DNA of 64,000 nt from a bacterium (lineage in GTDB: Bacteria > SAR324 > NAC60-12): the NCBI GenBank assembly GCA_965233585.1, contig CBDDTI010000747.1:928001-992000 (forward strand), read 5' to 3'. Shown here in pieces: positions 48,021-57,817 of the stretch. Position 1 is the stretch's first letter. Each line of letters starts with the position of its first letter. The notes under the pieces were generated by a model. That model searched no databases and was not told the DNA's origin. It saw only the letters and a list, made by a program, of their open reading frames with translations. A program made the translations under genes and the position numbers.

Positions 48021-49064
48021 TTAGCTGATGCGATGAATGGTCAGATAATCCACCAATTCGTCAAGTAAAGACTTGATGGGGTGTTGAGGTAATTGGTCTA
48101 AATGGACTTTGGCGATGTTGACCTGTTCTTCACAGTAGGCAATCGCTGTGTCAATCGCACCTGATGACTTGGCAGCGTCTAAACACCATTGAATCTCATC
48201 ATGTTCTACTTGTAAACGGCTTTTATTTAAGATTTGGTAGAGTTTTTTTGAGTCGTCTTCATTGAGCCTCTCCAAAAGTTCAATCATAATCAAGGTGCGT
48301 TTTCCTTCTGCAATGTCGCCTCCTCTTTCTTTGCCGTAAGGTTGTTTGTCATCGGCAATGGTTAAATTGAGAATGTCATCGCGTACTTGAAAGCCAATAC
48401 CTAAAGCCTCCCCAAATGCTTGAAGTGTTTGTAAATCTTCCTCTGATGCACCTGCAATCATACCCCCAAACAAAGCAGGTCCCTTGCCTGAATACCAACC
48501 TGTTTTGAGCTTAATCATCTCCTTGTACTTCTCTGCATTAGGAAAGATGCCATTGACAATCCAACCAATATCAAGGGCTTGTCCATTAAATGTCTGTTTG
48601 GCAACTTCGTTAAACAATTCTAAAAGTTGCAAAGTTTTTTGGGGTCCAAACCTTTCTGTGTTTTTTAGCAAGGCTTCATAAGCCAGACCATGCAAGGCGT
48701 CCCCTGCATTGATGGTGAGTGAAATGCCATATTGCAAATGGAGTGTCGGCTTGCCACGTCTGATTAATGATTCATCTTCAATGTCATCATGCACCAGTGC
48801 AAAGTTATGAAACAATTCGTATGCCACGCCAGAGTCCAGTGCATCTTCAAGACTCCCCCCAAATAACTCACAACACAGATAAAGCAGACCAGACCTGAAG
48901 AATTTACCCCCACGCATGGGGTATTCTCGCATCAACTCCACCAAGTAGGTTTCATTCATGTCAGTTGGCAGCATCTCAAGCAAATGCTTAAGAGTCCGTT
49001 GACGATTTTGGTCTAAGTAATCTTGTAAATTGGGGGCGTTCAAACTTGGGGGGGCTAAAGTCAT
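48021..49064 (-). CDS. Polyprenyl diphosphate synthase (GGPP synthase-like)
   Basis: GGKFFR, LVHDDIED...RRG, FQVRDDILN, GDIAEGKRT. Confidence 0.9.
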   Translation of the reverse strand: MTLAPPSLNAPNLQDYLDQNRQRTLKHLLEMLPTDMNETYLVELMREYPMRGGKFFRSGLLYLCCELFGGSLEDALDSGVAYELFHNFALVHDDIEDESLIRRGKPTLHLQYGISLTINAGDALHGLAYEALLKNTERFGPQKTLQLLELFNEVAKQTFNGQALDIGWIVNGIFPNAEKYKEMIKLKTGWYSGKGPALFGGMIAGASEEDLQTLQAFGEALGIGFQVRDDILNLTIADDKQPYGKERGGDIAEGKRTLIMIELLERLNEDDSKKLYQILNKSRLQVEHDEIQWCLDAAKSSGAIDTAIAYCEEQVNIAKVHLDQLPQHPIKSLLDELVDYLTIHRIS

Positions 49065-49357
49065 TGGTCTGTCGTTTCAGGTTGAAAGCCAAAGGGTGTG
49101 AGTTCTTCGCACTGCTGTCCATAGCAACGTCCTTCGTGAGAGAATTTGTAGTAAATGGTGCTTTTCGGGGGTGGAGTCTTTCCCAACCCTTCTAAAAAAT
49201 CACAATCACCACATTTTTCCCAAAGAATATAGCGGTCAAAAGGAGTCGGGTGAGGGGGAGGCTCTTTGGAAGCACACCCCGAAAGAATAGCGAAAACAAT
49301 CAATAAATACCAGTATTTTATTGATAGTATGCGGTTGAAGATTTGGCAACCTCCCAT
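49061..49357 (-). CDS. Small hypothetical lipoprotein
   Basis: ILSGC lipobox; stop overlaps the next start; start uncertain. Confidence 0.5.
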   Translation of the reverse strand: MGGCQIFNRILSIKYWYLLIVFAILSGCASKEPPPHPTPFDRYILWEKCGDCDFLEGLGKTPPPKSTIYYKFSHEGRCYGQQCEELTPFGFQPETTDQ

Positions 49358-49770
49358 ATTTTTTCAAGTTCTTTGTCAAGCAATGCTTGTTGTTTTGCCC
49401 ATTGAATGAGTTCATTGATGAACGGAATCTCAAAGCCTAGACGCAAGCCAATTTTTTTCAAAAATTGACCTTCTGAAGAAGCCAATTTCCCATCAGAGAC
49501 AGTGATACAAGTCAAATGACGCAACATAAAGAATGCAGGCTCACGGTCTAACTTCAAGATAGATAGCTCTGGCAGTGCCTTTTGTTTGACCATTGCTACT
49601 AACTTTTGGATTTCTTCGGGGTCATCAAGAAAGCTGATTGCCTCCTTGAGATACTTCAATTCAGAGTCGTCAACTTGTTTGTCAGCGCAGATGATTCCAG
49701 CGATTGCGTGAGAGAACCATTTTTTTGCTTCTGGTGAAATTGAGCTGACTTCAAAATCTGGTAATGCCAT
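49318..49770 (-). CDS. TerB-family (tellurite resistance-like) protein
   Basis: ADKQVDDSE and SDGKLASSE TerB-type motifs. Confidence 0.75.
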   Translation of the reverse strand: MALPDFEVSSISPEAKKWFSHAIAGIICADKQVDDSELKYLKEAISFLDDPEEIQKLVAMVKQKALPELSILKLDREPAFFMLRHLTCITVSDGKLASSEGQFLKKIGLRLGFEIPFINELIQWAKQQALLDKELEKIWEVAKSSTAYYQ

Positions 49771-49849
49771 ATGTATTCCTAAATAAAATGATAATAGAGA
49801 GAAGAATCAAAATATTTGATTCTTGAGTGAATAGATTCTTTTTCATGTT

Positions 49850-50725
49850 TTATGATTTGGATTTGAGCCAATTTGAAAACAAGCCTTTGGCGGCAGTATG
49901 AAAGTCATACTGACTGGAAAGTTTTTGGTAAATTTCTGAAGAAACATTTTGGAGCAAAGGAAGTTGTTTAAGCATGTCTTCCTGATGTAACAGTTTTAAA
50001 ATTTGGGTCACTTGCTTGGCTTTGGCATCGCGTCTGGCAATCAGCAGAGGGTATTGAACAAGAACGCTCCTTGATTTTTCAAGCTGTGTCTTGGCTGGAA
50101 ACATCTCTTGCAGGAGCCATGGAGCTTGTTTTTGATAAAACTCTAAAGTAGAGGTGTTCATTTTAATTTGCTTTAAATTTGGATAATTCTTGAATACGCC
50201 ACTTGGAGCATAAAACACCAGAATCTCCTTGGGATTTAGATTGTCCAGAGTCTTGAAAAGAGACGATGCCTTCAACGGTTTCCATGCGACCTGATTTGAC
50301 GCAGACTGCAAAAATCTGACCTTCGTTTGCAAAAAATCTGATGCGTTTTGATGAAAATAAACGATGCCATTAAAACTTTGCAAGGTTTGATTGGAATGTC
50401 CCAAAACATACAATCGGTTTTTCCACAATGGGCTGACTACTGACAACGTTGGATACTTTGAAAGCATCTCAAATGCCTCCTTTGCTCCAATGACGGCAAG
50501 TGTTCCTTGACCATTGACCAGCCTTTGCAATCTGCGGTGAGCCAAAGGCTCTACCTGACTCAAAAAAGCCACAGTATGCAGTGCATTCCAACGTTTGGCA
50601 AATTCATTTGCAAAGAAAAATGAGCCTGTCCCACTCTTGCCAACAAGTATTGTATCATGTTTTCTTTGAGCAAAAAGCAGAAAAGGTAAAATAATGAGAG
50701 TAAAAAACAGAATTAACTTTGGCAT
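49850..50725 (-). CDS. Exported protein, distant TAXI-family solute-binding-like
   Basis: Signal peptide (MPKLILFF...), GKSGTGSFF, C-terminal FHTAAK resembling the TAXI 'HPGA' end. Confidence 0.45.
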   Translation of the reverse strand: MPKLILFFTLIILPFLLFAQRKHDTILVGKSGTGSFFFANEFAKRWNALHTVAFLSQVEPLAHRRLQRLVNGQGTLAVIGAKEAFEMLSKYPTLSVVSPLWKNRLYVLGHSNQTLQSFNGIVYFHQNASDFLQTKVRFLQSASNQVAWKPLKASSLFKTLDNLNPKEILVFYAPSGVFKNYPNLKQIKMNTSTLEFYQKQAPWLLQEMFPAKTQLEKSRSVLVQYPLLIARRDAKAKQVTQILKLLHQEDMLKQLPLLQNVSSEIYQKLSSQYDFHTAAKGLFSNWLKSKS

Positions 50726-51522
50726 GCAGGACAATAAAAAGAACTTCGTTGTTGTTGGCGAATACAAATGAGGGGTATTTGACAAACTTGGCACGTCTGA
50801 CCTTTGCGTCCATAAACTTTTAAAAAATTTTGAAATTCCCCCGTCTTTTCATCAACTCCACGAAAGTCAGAGATAGAAGTGCCATTGCATTTGATGGCAT
50901 GATTTAAGATGTGCTGGATAGACTGAAAGAGTGAGTGGACTTCATTTTTCTGCAAACTCTTTGCCTGACGCAATGGAGAGATTTTGGCGTCAAACAAAAT
51001 CTCAGAAGCATAAATATTGCCAATCCCTGTCAGTTTGGTTTGGTCAAGTAACCATGTTTTGATAGGAGATGCACTGTTTTGAAGCAACTGCTTTAACTCT
51101 CTTTCTTTCACCTGCAAAGGTTCAATCCCTAATGGTTTTTGTTGTTCAAAATGTTCCATTGAGTCAAAAAGCTCTACTGTGCCAAGACATCGTTTGTCAT
51201 GAAAATTTAAAACTTGCTGATTCCCCAAAATGAATTGAATCCTTGTCCAAGAATCCAAAGCCTCTTGTTCGTGCAAAAGAACAAATTTGCCTGTCATTCG
51301 CAAATGGACTGCCATGACATTTTGAAGGGATAACTTAAACAGCAAATACTTAGCACGTCTTGAGACAGAGACAATGCTTGTGCCTTCTAACGCCTTGCAA
51401 AATTCATCAATCCCTAGCTTTCCAAGAGGTCTTTGACGAAGTACGTGGACTTGGTCAATCTTCTGACCGACCACACTTTGCAGACCATTTGCCACACTCT
51501 GGACTTCAGGTAATTCGGGCAT
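50713..51522 (-). CDS. mutM: Formamidopyrimidine-DNA glycosylase
   Basis: MPELPEV, RRAKYL, HLRMTG, GIGNIYASE, C-terminal zinc finger. Confidence 0.96.
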   Translation of the reverse strand: MPELPEVQSVANGLQSVVGQKIDQVHVLRQRPLGKLGIDEFCKALEGTSIVSVSRRAKYLLFKLSLQNVMAVHLRMTGKFVLLHEQEALDSWTRIQFILGNQQVLNFHDKRCLGTVELFDSMEHFEQQKPLGIEPLQVKERELKQLLQNSASPIKTWLLDQTKLTGIGNIYASEILFDAKISPLRQAKSLQKNEVHSLFQSIQHILNHAIKCNGTSISDFRGVDEKTGEFQNFLKVYGRKGQTCQVCQIPLICIRQQQRSSFYCPACQS

Positions 51523-51566
51523 GAGTTAGCTCATTTTCTAAAATAAGATGGATTGAACGTTTCATT

Positions 51567-52646
51567 TCATTGAGCTTTCAGTCTTTGTTTTGAATCTTGG
51601 TTTTGATAGTACTCATAGTCAAAATTTCTTCTTACAGGTTGAAAGCCTGCCGATTGCAGATATTGCATGGCTTCTTTTTCAGTTTTCAAGCCGTAAGACT
51701 TCAAGACGTTTTCTTCTAACACGACTGAACTGACATCATCAGCCCCCACACGCAAAGCCAACTTGCCAACATCTTTGCCAAGCACCATGACGCTTGTTTC
51801 AAGATGAGGGACATTGTCCAAATAAAGCCTGCACAACGCCAGCAGTTTCAAAAATTCATCTGTCCGTGGGGGCGTGGCTTTGAACCGCTTCGTCTGCTGT
51901 TGATACACCCAAGGAATGAACGACCAAAACCCTGCAGTTTTGTCTTGAATGCCACGAATGACTTCCAGATGTTCTATGACTTCTGCATCGGTTTCTCCTG
52001 CACCAACGACCATCGTTGCAGAGCCTTTGAGACCTACCTCGTGACAACGTTCAACAGCATGTACCCATTCTTGAGTGGTTGTTTTATGGGGACTCATTTT
52101 TTGACGCATACGTTCTACCAAAAGCTCGGCACCTGCCCCGGGTATAGAATCTAACCCTGCCTTTTTTAAAAGACTGACGACCTCCTCAAAAGGTTTTTGA
52201 CAAACTTCTGACAAAGACAGTAACTCAATGGCAGAAAATCCGCGAATATGCACATGAGGAAAGCGGCTTTTAAGCGATGTCAACAAGTCCAAATAATAAT
52301 CTAGTGGCAAATCAGGATTGACTCCTCCTTGTAAAAAAAGCTGGTCTGCATTGTTCTCTACACCATCTTGCATTTTGGCAAGGACTTCATTGGTGTTTAA
52401 GACATAAGCAGAACGTTGGTCAGGCGTGCGTTGAAAACTGCAGAATTTACAATCTACATTGCAAATATTGGTATAGTTGACAAGACGGAAGACAGTGTAA
52501 GAGGCAAACCGACTGCCATGCTTGATCTTCCGTAACTCCCAGCCTGCCTCGCAAACTTCAAACCAACTTAAATTCTGCAAAATCCACAATCCTTCTTCTG
52601 GCGTCAGACGATGCCCTTGTAGTGTGTTTTGTAGTAATGTGTCCAT
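51567..52646 (-). CDS. CofH/MqnC-family radical SAM protein (futalosine menaquinone pathway-like)
   Basis: NYTNICNVDCKFCSF, LQGG, PGAGAELL, FIPW, EENV; most like MqnC. Confidence 0.8.
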   Translation of the reverse strand: MDTLLQNTLQGHRLTPEEGLWILQNLSWFEVCEAGWELRKIKHGSRFASYTVFRLVNYTNICNVDCKFCSFQRTPDQRSAYVLNTNEVLAKMQDGVENNADQLFLQGGVNPDLPLDYYLDLLTSLKSRFPHVHIRGFSAIELLSLSEVCQKPFEEVVSLLKKAGLDSIPGAGAELLVERMRQKMSPHKTTTQEWVHAVERCHEVGLKGSATMVVGAGETDAEVIEHLEVIRGIQDKTAGFWSFIPWVYQQQTKRFKATPPRTDEFLKLLALCRLYLDNVPHLETSVMVLGKDVGKLALRVGADDVSSVVLEENVLKSYGLKTEKEAMQYLQSAGFQPVRRNFDYEYYQNQDSKQRLKAQ

Positions 52647-52739
52647 CTCACCAGTTGCAATTTTGAGAGTGTTTCAGTCAGGTTTTTTAATTCTGTAAAT
52701 TGAGAAGATGAAAGGCTTGCAAGCGGGTTTCTTCCTTCA

Positions 52740-54614
52740 TCATTGCCTAGTTGCGTAAAGACTTTTTAAATAAATTTTGAGAATATTCAAAGCGACAGGA
52801 GTGATGCCACTGATTCGCTGTGCTTGTCCTAAATTGAGAGGTTGATACTCTTTGAGCTTTTGGACAACTTCGTTGGAAAGTCCTGCAATCTTGGAATAGT
52901 CAATCGTTTGGGGCAGTGTGATTTTTTCCAACTCTGCTAGTGGTTGAAACTCTTGATTCTGCCTTGAAATGTAGCCCTCATAACTGGCTTCTATTTTGCT
53001 TTGTTCTTGTGATTCATTGGAAAACTCTGACCAAAATTCGCTGTCAGGTAACACTCCAGCCTCTGCCAACAAGGACACTGTCATGGCTGACCTCTTCAAC
53101 AAATCAAAAGCAGAACACACTTTGTTAATTGCCCCTCCTTCAATCTGTGAAAGAGCCTGTTCATTCTTAACCGAAGGCGTGATGCGGCATTGTTTGAGGG
53201 CAGAAATCAGCTTTGTCGTTTCTTTACGTTTTTGTTCTACTTGCTCGTATTGCCAGCTTTCTAAGAGTCCAATCTCCCAACCTTTCTGGCTTAAACGCAG
53301 GTCTGCGTTGTCTTCTCTCAAACTCAAACGATGTTCTGAGCGGGAGGTAAACATGCGGTAAGGTTCGTTTGTGCCTTTGGTGACGAGGTCATCAATCAAA
53401 ACGCCAATGTAGGCGTCGCTTCGTTTGAGGGAAAAAGTAGGAAGTTGCTGAACGTTTCTTGCGGCATTGATTCCTGCAATCAAACCCTGTGCGGCAGCTT
53501 CTTCATAGCCTGACGTCCCATTCACCTGACCTGCAAAAAACAAGTTCTTGATGCTTTTCATCTCCAAAGTGGGCAAAAGCTGGTTGGGCATCACAAAGTC
53601 ATATTCCACTGCATAGCCTGCTTGGAGTATTTCTGCTTCTTCCAATCCTTCAATCGTTCTAATAAATTCAAGTTGGACTTCTGCAGGTAAGCTGGTGGAA
53701 ATACCATTGGGATAGACAGCAGGGAGGTTTAGCCCCGTGGGTTCTAAGAAGATTTGATGCCTTGGCTTGTCTTTGAAGTTGACAAGTTTGTCTTCAATAG
53801 AGGGACAATAACGGGGACCTACTCCTTGAATGGCTCCACTGTACATGGCAGAAGATTTAAGATTTTTGAGAATGACCTCATGCGTTCTAGGGTTGGTGTA
53901 AGTCATGTAGCAAGGTCTTTGGGGTAAAGGCGTCTTGGAATCCCAGAATGAAAATTTAGGAATGGGGACTTCCCCCCATTGCACAGCCAAAGCAGAGTAG
54001 TTGATGGTCTTTCTGTCAAGTCTTGCAGGTGTTCCTGTCTTGAGTCTTCCCATTTTTAAATCTGCCAAAGATTGACTGAGTTGAATAGAAGGCGGGTCTC
54101 CAACACGCCCCTCTGCTTTTTGGACTCTCCCACAGTGAGTGATGCCATTCAAAAACGTCCCTGTGGTCACAATGACTGTTCTTGCGTGTAACGTCTCTTT
54201 GCCTGTGTTGATGCCAACAACACGATTGCCTTCAAAAATCAATGACTCTACCATGCCCTCTTGTAACTCTAAATTGTCTTGTTTTTGAAGGGTTTGAAGC
54301 ATGTAGGAATGGTAAAGTTGCATGTCTGACTGACATCTTGTGCCACGTGCGGCATGCCCTTTGGAGCGATTGAGAATGCGGAACTGAATCCCTGTCCAGT
54401 CTGCTGCCTTAGCCATTTCTCCACCCAGTGCATCAATTTCACGGGTCAAATGTCCTTTTGCTAGACCACCGATGGCGGGGTTACAAGGCATGTGTGCCAC
54501 TTTGTCAAGCGAGATGGTCAAGACAAGCGTTTTTGACCCCAGCCTTGCAGAAGCAAGGGCGGCTTCGCAACCTGCATGACCTGCACCGATGACGAGGGTG
54601 TCATATGTTTTCAT
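52740..54614 (-). CDS. mnmG: tRNA uridine 5-carboxymethylaminomethyl modification enzyme
   Basis: IGAGHAGCEA, MPCNPAIGG, RLKTGTP, GPRYCPSIEDK, GTSGYEEAAAQG, EPYRMFTSR; start set at MKTYD. Confidence 0.97.
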   Translation of the reverse strand: MKTYDTLVIGAGHAGCEAALASARLGSKTLVLTISLDKVAHMPCNPAIGGLAKGHLTREIDALGGEMAKAADWTGIQFRILNRSKGHAARGTRCQSDMQLYHSYMLQTLQKQDNLELQEGMVESLIFEGNRVVGINTGKETLHARTVIVTTGTFLNGITHCGRVQKAEGRVGDPPSIQLSQSLADLKMGRLKTGTPARLDRKTINYSALAVQWGEVPIPKFSFWDSKTPLPQRPCYMTYTNPRTHEVILKNLKSSAMYSGAIQGVGPRYCPSIEDKLVNFKDKPRHQIFLEPTGLNLPAVYPNGISTSLPAEVQLEFIRTIEGLEEAEILQAGYAVEYDFVMPNQLLPTLEMKSIKNLFFAGQVNGTSGYEEAAAQGLIAGINAARNVQQLPTFSLKRSDAYIGVLIDDLVTKGTNEPYRMFTSRSEHRLSLREDNADLRLSQKGWEIGLLESWQYEQVEQKRKETTKLISALKQCRITPSVKNEQALSQIEGGAINKVCSAFDLLKRSAMTVSLLAEAGVLPDSEFWSEFSNESQEQSKIEASYEGYISRQNQEFQPLAELEKITLPQTIDYSKIAGLSNEVVQKLKEYQPLNLGQAQRISGITPVALNILKIYLKSLYATRQ

Positions 54615-54954
54615 CAGAAGTGGAGTTTGAGACAGGAAAGGCAAATTCTGAATCCAAAACATGCTGACGAAGCCTTCTTTGAAACCAGAACAAAAAAACG
54701 ATGCTACACAGCACAGACAAGACAATCAGCATGAGCGTTCCAGATGAATGAAATCCACACAAAAACTTCGCATTATACTTTGAAAAAGCATCTTGTGTCA
54801 ATTTGATTCAAACGTTAACTTGATTTAAAACCCAGTTTCAAAAGTGTCTGGGATATTGATTAACCAAGTATGTTTTTTTAATCCAAAAATAGAAGTAGAA
54901 ATCTTGGGAATGGTGTTTGAAAACAAAGGAAGCAGAACACTACCTTTGTTTGAA

Positions 54955-55040
54955 AAACGGAATCTCAAAAAACAAAAGAGAGATTGCGTGTCAAGGTGGC
55001 AAAATCCTCCCGTCACTTGAGTGCTTGACACGGAATCCCA
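54955..55040 (-). repeat. GTCATT-family palindrome cluster
   Basis: gattgcgtgtcaaggtggc, gtcacttgagtgcttgacacggaatc. Confidence 0.8.
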
Positions 55041-55068
55041 AAAAAGAGTGAAAACAGAATGACAAAAC

Positions 55069-55350
55069 TTAATAAAATTTGCTTAACATGACGCCTAGCA
55101 TGACGAGGTTCACAGCTAAAATCATGCCTAACACCCAGCGAGTTGAGTCTATTTTAGAATCAAGTCTTTCTATTTTGGCATTGACTTCTATTTTGATATT
55201 TTCAACGTCTGCCTTAGTTGCTATTTGGTCTTTCAGAGCATGGTTGAGTGTTTTATCTAAGGTCAAAGCATGGGCTTCTGCTTGCTTTTGTTCTACGCCT
55301 GCATCAATCAGTAAACGAGCATACTCTAATGTGTTAATGGCAACGTTCAT
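55069..55350 (-). CDS. CCDC90/DUF1640-like small coiled-coil membrane protein, copy 0 (divergent)
   Basis: AINTLEYARLLIDAGVEQKQAEA...IATKAD...RWVLGM, C-terminal TM segment; start set at MNVAIN. Confidence 0.8.
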   Translation of the reverse strand: MNVAINTLEYARLLIDAGVEQKQAEAHALTLDKTLNHALKDQIATKADVENIKIEVNAKIERLDSKIDSTRWVLGMILAVNLVMLGVMLSKFY

Positions 55351-55479
55351 TGGTCTTTGGTTGAGAAATGGTTTTAAAGGAGCCATCTTAACAAAAACGT
55401 CATGATGAATCAAACCTTGATGTATGCAGGAAGTGTAGCGAAAGAAATAAGAATGACTTAAACACAAGCCTGCAAACTC

Positions 55480-55592
55480 CTCCCGTCATTCCGTGCTTGA
55501 CACGGAATCTAAAAAACGAGTGAAAACAGAATGAAACGAAGGGAGATTGCGGGTCAAGGTGAGCAATGACTGACACAAGCCCGCAATGACGA
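55480..55592 (-). repeat. GTCATT-family palindrome cluster
   Basis: gtcattccgtgcttgacacggaatc at 55485; gattgcgggtcaaggtgagcaatgac at 55545. Confidence 0.9.
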
Positions 55593-55639
55593 AAGGCGAG
55601 GTGGTTTTTTACAGAAGATGAGTTGACGTGTAGCTGAAT

Positions 55640-56995
55640 TTAGGGACCAAATTCCCAAACATCGTTTTTCTTGCCAGCATCAAATCCTCCTAGCACCCAG
55701 ATTTTGTTATTGAACACGATGCTTCTGTGAAACATACGAGCAGACCAACTTGCTGAAGCTGTGCTTTGAGTCCAATTCTTGCCATCAGAAGAACTCCAGA
55801 CATCGTTTTTCCTGCCACCATCAAGTCCTCCTAGCATCCAGATTTTGTTATTGAACACGGCGCTTGTGTGATACTGACGAGCAGACCAACTTGCTGAAGC
55901 TGTGCTTTGAGTCCAATTCTTACCATCAGAAGAACTCCAGACATCGTTTTTATTGCCACCATCAGAACCTCCCATGACCCAGATTTTGTTATTGAACACG
56001 ACGCTTGTGTGTCCAGCACGAGCTGCCCAACTTGCTGAAGAGGTTTCTTCTGTCCAAGTCTTGCCATCAGAAGAACTCCAGACATCGTTTTTGTTACCAC
56101 CATCAGAACCTCCTATGACCCAGATTTTGTTATTGAACGCAACGCTTGCGTGGGAATCCCTACCAGACCAACCTGCTGAAGAGGTTTCTTCTGTCCAATT
56201 CTTGCCGTCAGAAGAACTCCAAACATCATCTTCCCTGCCACCATCATGTCCTCCTATCACCCAGATCTTATTGTTGAACACGATGCTTTTGTGATACGCA
56301 CGAGCAGACCAACCTGCTGAAGCTGTGATTTGAGTCCAATTCTTGCCATCAGCAGAAGACCAGACATCATTTTTTCTGCTACCAGCAAAACCTCCTAGCA
56401 CCCAGATTTTGTTATTGAACACGACACTTGCGTGTTCGTCACGAGCAGACCAACCTGCTGAAGAGGCAACACGTTTCCAAGTGTGTTTGGAAACGTCAAG
56501 TCCGTTACCACCTGTAGGCGTGTTCTGGTTTCCAGAAACCACTGTAAAATCCCAGTTTGATTTTTTGCTCAAGATTTTGAACTTGAGTTGTCCCTTGCCT
56601 GCTGTGACTCCTGTCAACTTCAACTTAGCTTGAAACTCTTTTTTTCTAGGTAATTTATAGTTTAAAGTTCCGCTTTGTCCGACTGTTTCTTCACCTGAGA
56701 CGACCAGCTTCAAGGAAGCCAAACTTTCATCATAGGCAATGTTGAGACGTTTACCTTGGTAAATGGAGGTGGCAGTGCAGGTGAGGTTGGCAACCAGTTC
56801 TTGACCTGTTGCCAAAGAATTGCCAGAGGAGACCTCGCAAGTAGCGTTACCTTTTTCGGTTTTTTCATCTTCCTGTTCTTCAGCAGGTGGCACACAACCT
56901 ACCAAGACCAGAAGTGCCAAGAAAACGATTATTTTGTCATAAAAAGAGTTTCTTCTGACAAAAGAGTTTTGAATGGATTTGATTTGTTCTAACAT
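55640..56995 (-). CDS. Kelch-like six-bladed beta-propeller lipoprotein, paralogue A
   Basis: AGGAGG RBS, lipobox VLVGC, ~110-aa beta-rich stalk, 6 x 47-aa repeats. Confidence 0.85.
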   Translation of the reverse strand: MLEQIKSIQNSFVRRNSFYDKIIVFLALLVLVGCVPPAEEQEDEKTEKGNATCEVSSGNSLATGQELVANLTCTATSIYQGKRLNIAYDESLASLKLVVSGEETVGQSGTLNYKLPRKKEFQAKLKLTGVTAGKGQLKFKILSKKSNWDFTVVSGNQNTPTGGNGLDVSKHTWKRVASSAGWSARDEHASVVFNNKIWVLGGFAGSRKNDVWSSADGKNWTQITASAGWSARAYHKSIVFNNKIWVIGGHDGGREDDVWSSSDGKNWTEETSSAGWSGRDSHASVAFNNKIWVIGGSDGGNKNDVWSSSDGKTWTEETSSASWAARAGHTSVVFNNKIWVMGGSDGGNKNDVWSSSDGKNWTQSTASASWSARQYHTSAVFNNKIWMLGGLDGGRKNDVWSSSDGKNWTQSTASASWSARMFHRSIVFNNKIWVLGGFDAGKKNDVWEFGP

Positions 56996-57047
56996 AAAAA
57001 CCTCCTAAATAATGGTTGATCACAACGAACAAAAAAAGAAGATTAAG

Positions 57048-57077
57048 ATTTTAGCAGACTGTCCAAAACAGTTGCAA
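57048..57077 (-). promoter_or_regulatory. Putative sigma70 promoter of paralogue A
   Basis: TTGCAA-N18-TAAAAT with extended TG; same arrangement conserved upstream of all three paralogues. Confidence 0.5.
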
Positions 57078-57114
57078 CTCTGAATGTTAAAAACGATGAA
57101 AAAAAAGACTTTTC

Positions 57115-57381
57115 TTAATAAAACTTGCTTAACATCACGCCTAACATGACGACATTCACCGCTAAAATCATACCCAACACCCAGCGAGTTGAGTCTATTT
57201 TGGACTCTACCGAGTCTATTCTTGATGCCACTTTTGCTATGTCTGCTTTGGTTGCAATTTCTTCTTTCAAAGCCTCATTGAGTGTTTGATTCAAAGTGTT
57301 TGCTTGGACTTCCGCTTGTTCTGCTGTGAAGCCTCCTGCAATCAAGGCTTTGGTATATGCAAGGGTGTCTATGGCAATCAT
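57115..57381 (-). CDS. CCDC90/DUF1640-like protein, copy 1
   Basis: MIAIDTLAYTKALIAGGFTAEQAE...IATKAD, coiled coil, C-terminal TM segment. Confidence 0.85.
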   Translation of the reverse strand: MIAIDTLAYTKALIAGGFTAEQAEVQANTLNQTLNEALKEEIATKADIAKVASRIDSVESKIDSTRWVLGMILAVNVVMLGVMLSKFY

Positions 57382-57519
57382 AAGGCTGTCAGTTTGTCAA
57401 GTCTAAAGATGCTATTCTAACACGATTTTCAAAAAAAGAAATAAGCATGACTTGGGCAATCACGAAAAGAAACAGGCGGGTCAGCTTTTGAAATAACGGT
57501 TTTTTGGAAGAAGAAAGTT

Positions 57520-57700
57520 TGAGATTGCGGATCAAGTCCAGCAATGCAGTTTTCAAGGTGAGCAAAATCCTCCTGTCATTTGAGTGCTTGAGGCGGAATC
57601 TATCACCAAACCAAGCACAGATTCCTACATGATTGGATTCCTGTTTTCGCAGGAATGACGGTTGTAGTGAGATTGCGGGTCAAGGTGAGCAATGACTTAA
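57520..57700 (-). repeat. GTCATT-family palindrome array
   Basis: gattgcggatcaagtccagcaatg, gattcctgttttcgcaggaatgac, gattgcgggtcaaggtgagcaatgac. Confidence 0.9.
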
Positions 57701-57817
57701 TCACAAGCCAGCGGATAACAAAAAGGAAGGTTTGGTTTTGCGTAAGAAGAAACCACCCCGCTTGGTCATTCAAGCGAGGTGTTTTTTTAGAGAAGATGAA
57801 TTGACGTGCGTCTGAAT

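Noticed and set aside
49802..49824. Inverted repeat aagaatcaaa-ata-tttgattctt as a terminator or operator
   Set aside because: AT-rich with a weak stem and a single occurrence; a function cannot be supported
54615..54725. N-terminal extensions of mnmG (and of glyS, argA, GT4 and CCDC90 copy 0) given in the ORF track
   Set aside because: Family homology begins at downstream ATGs; the extensions look like incidental open frame
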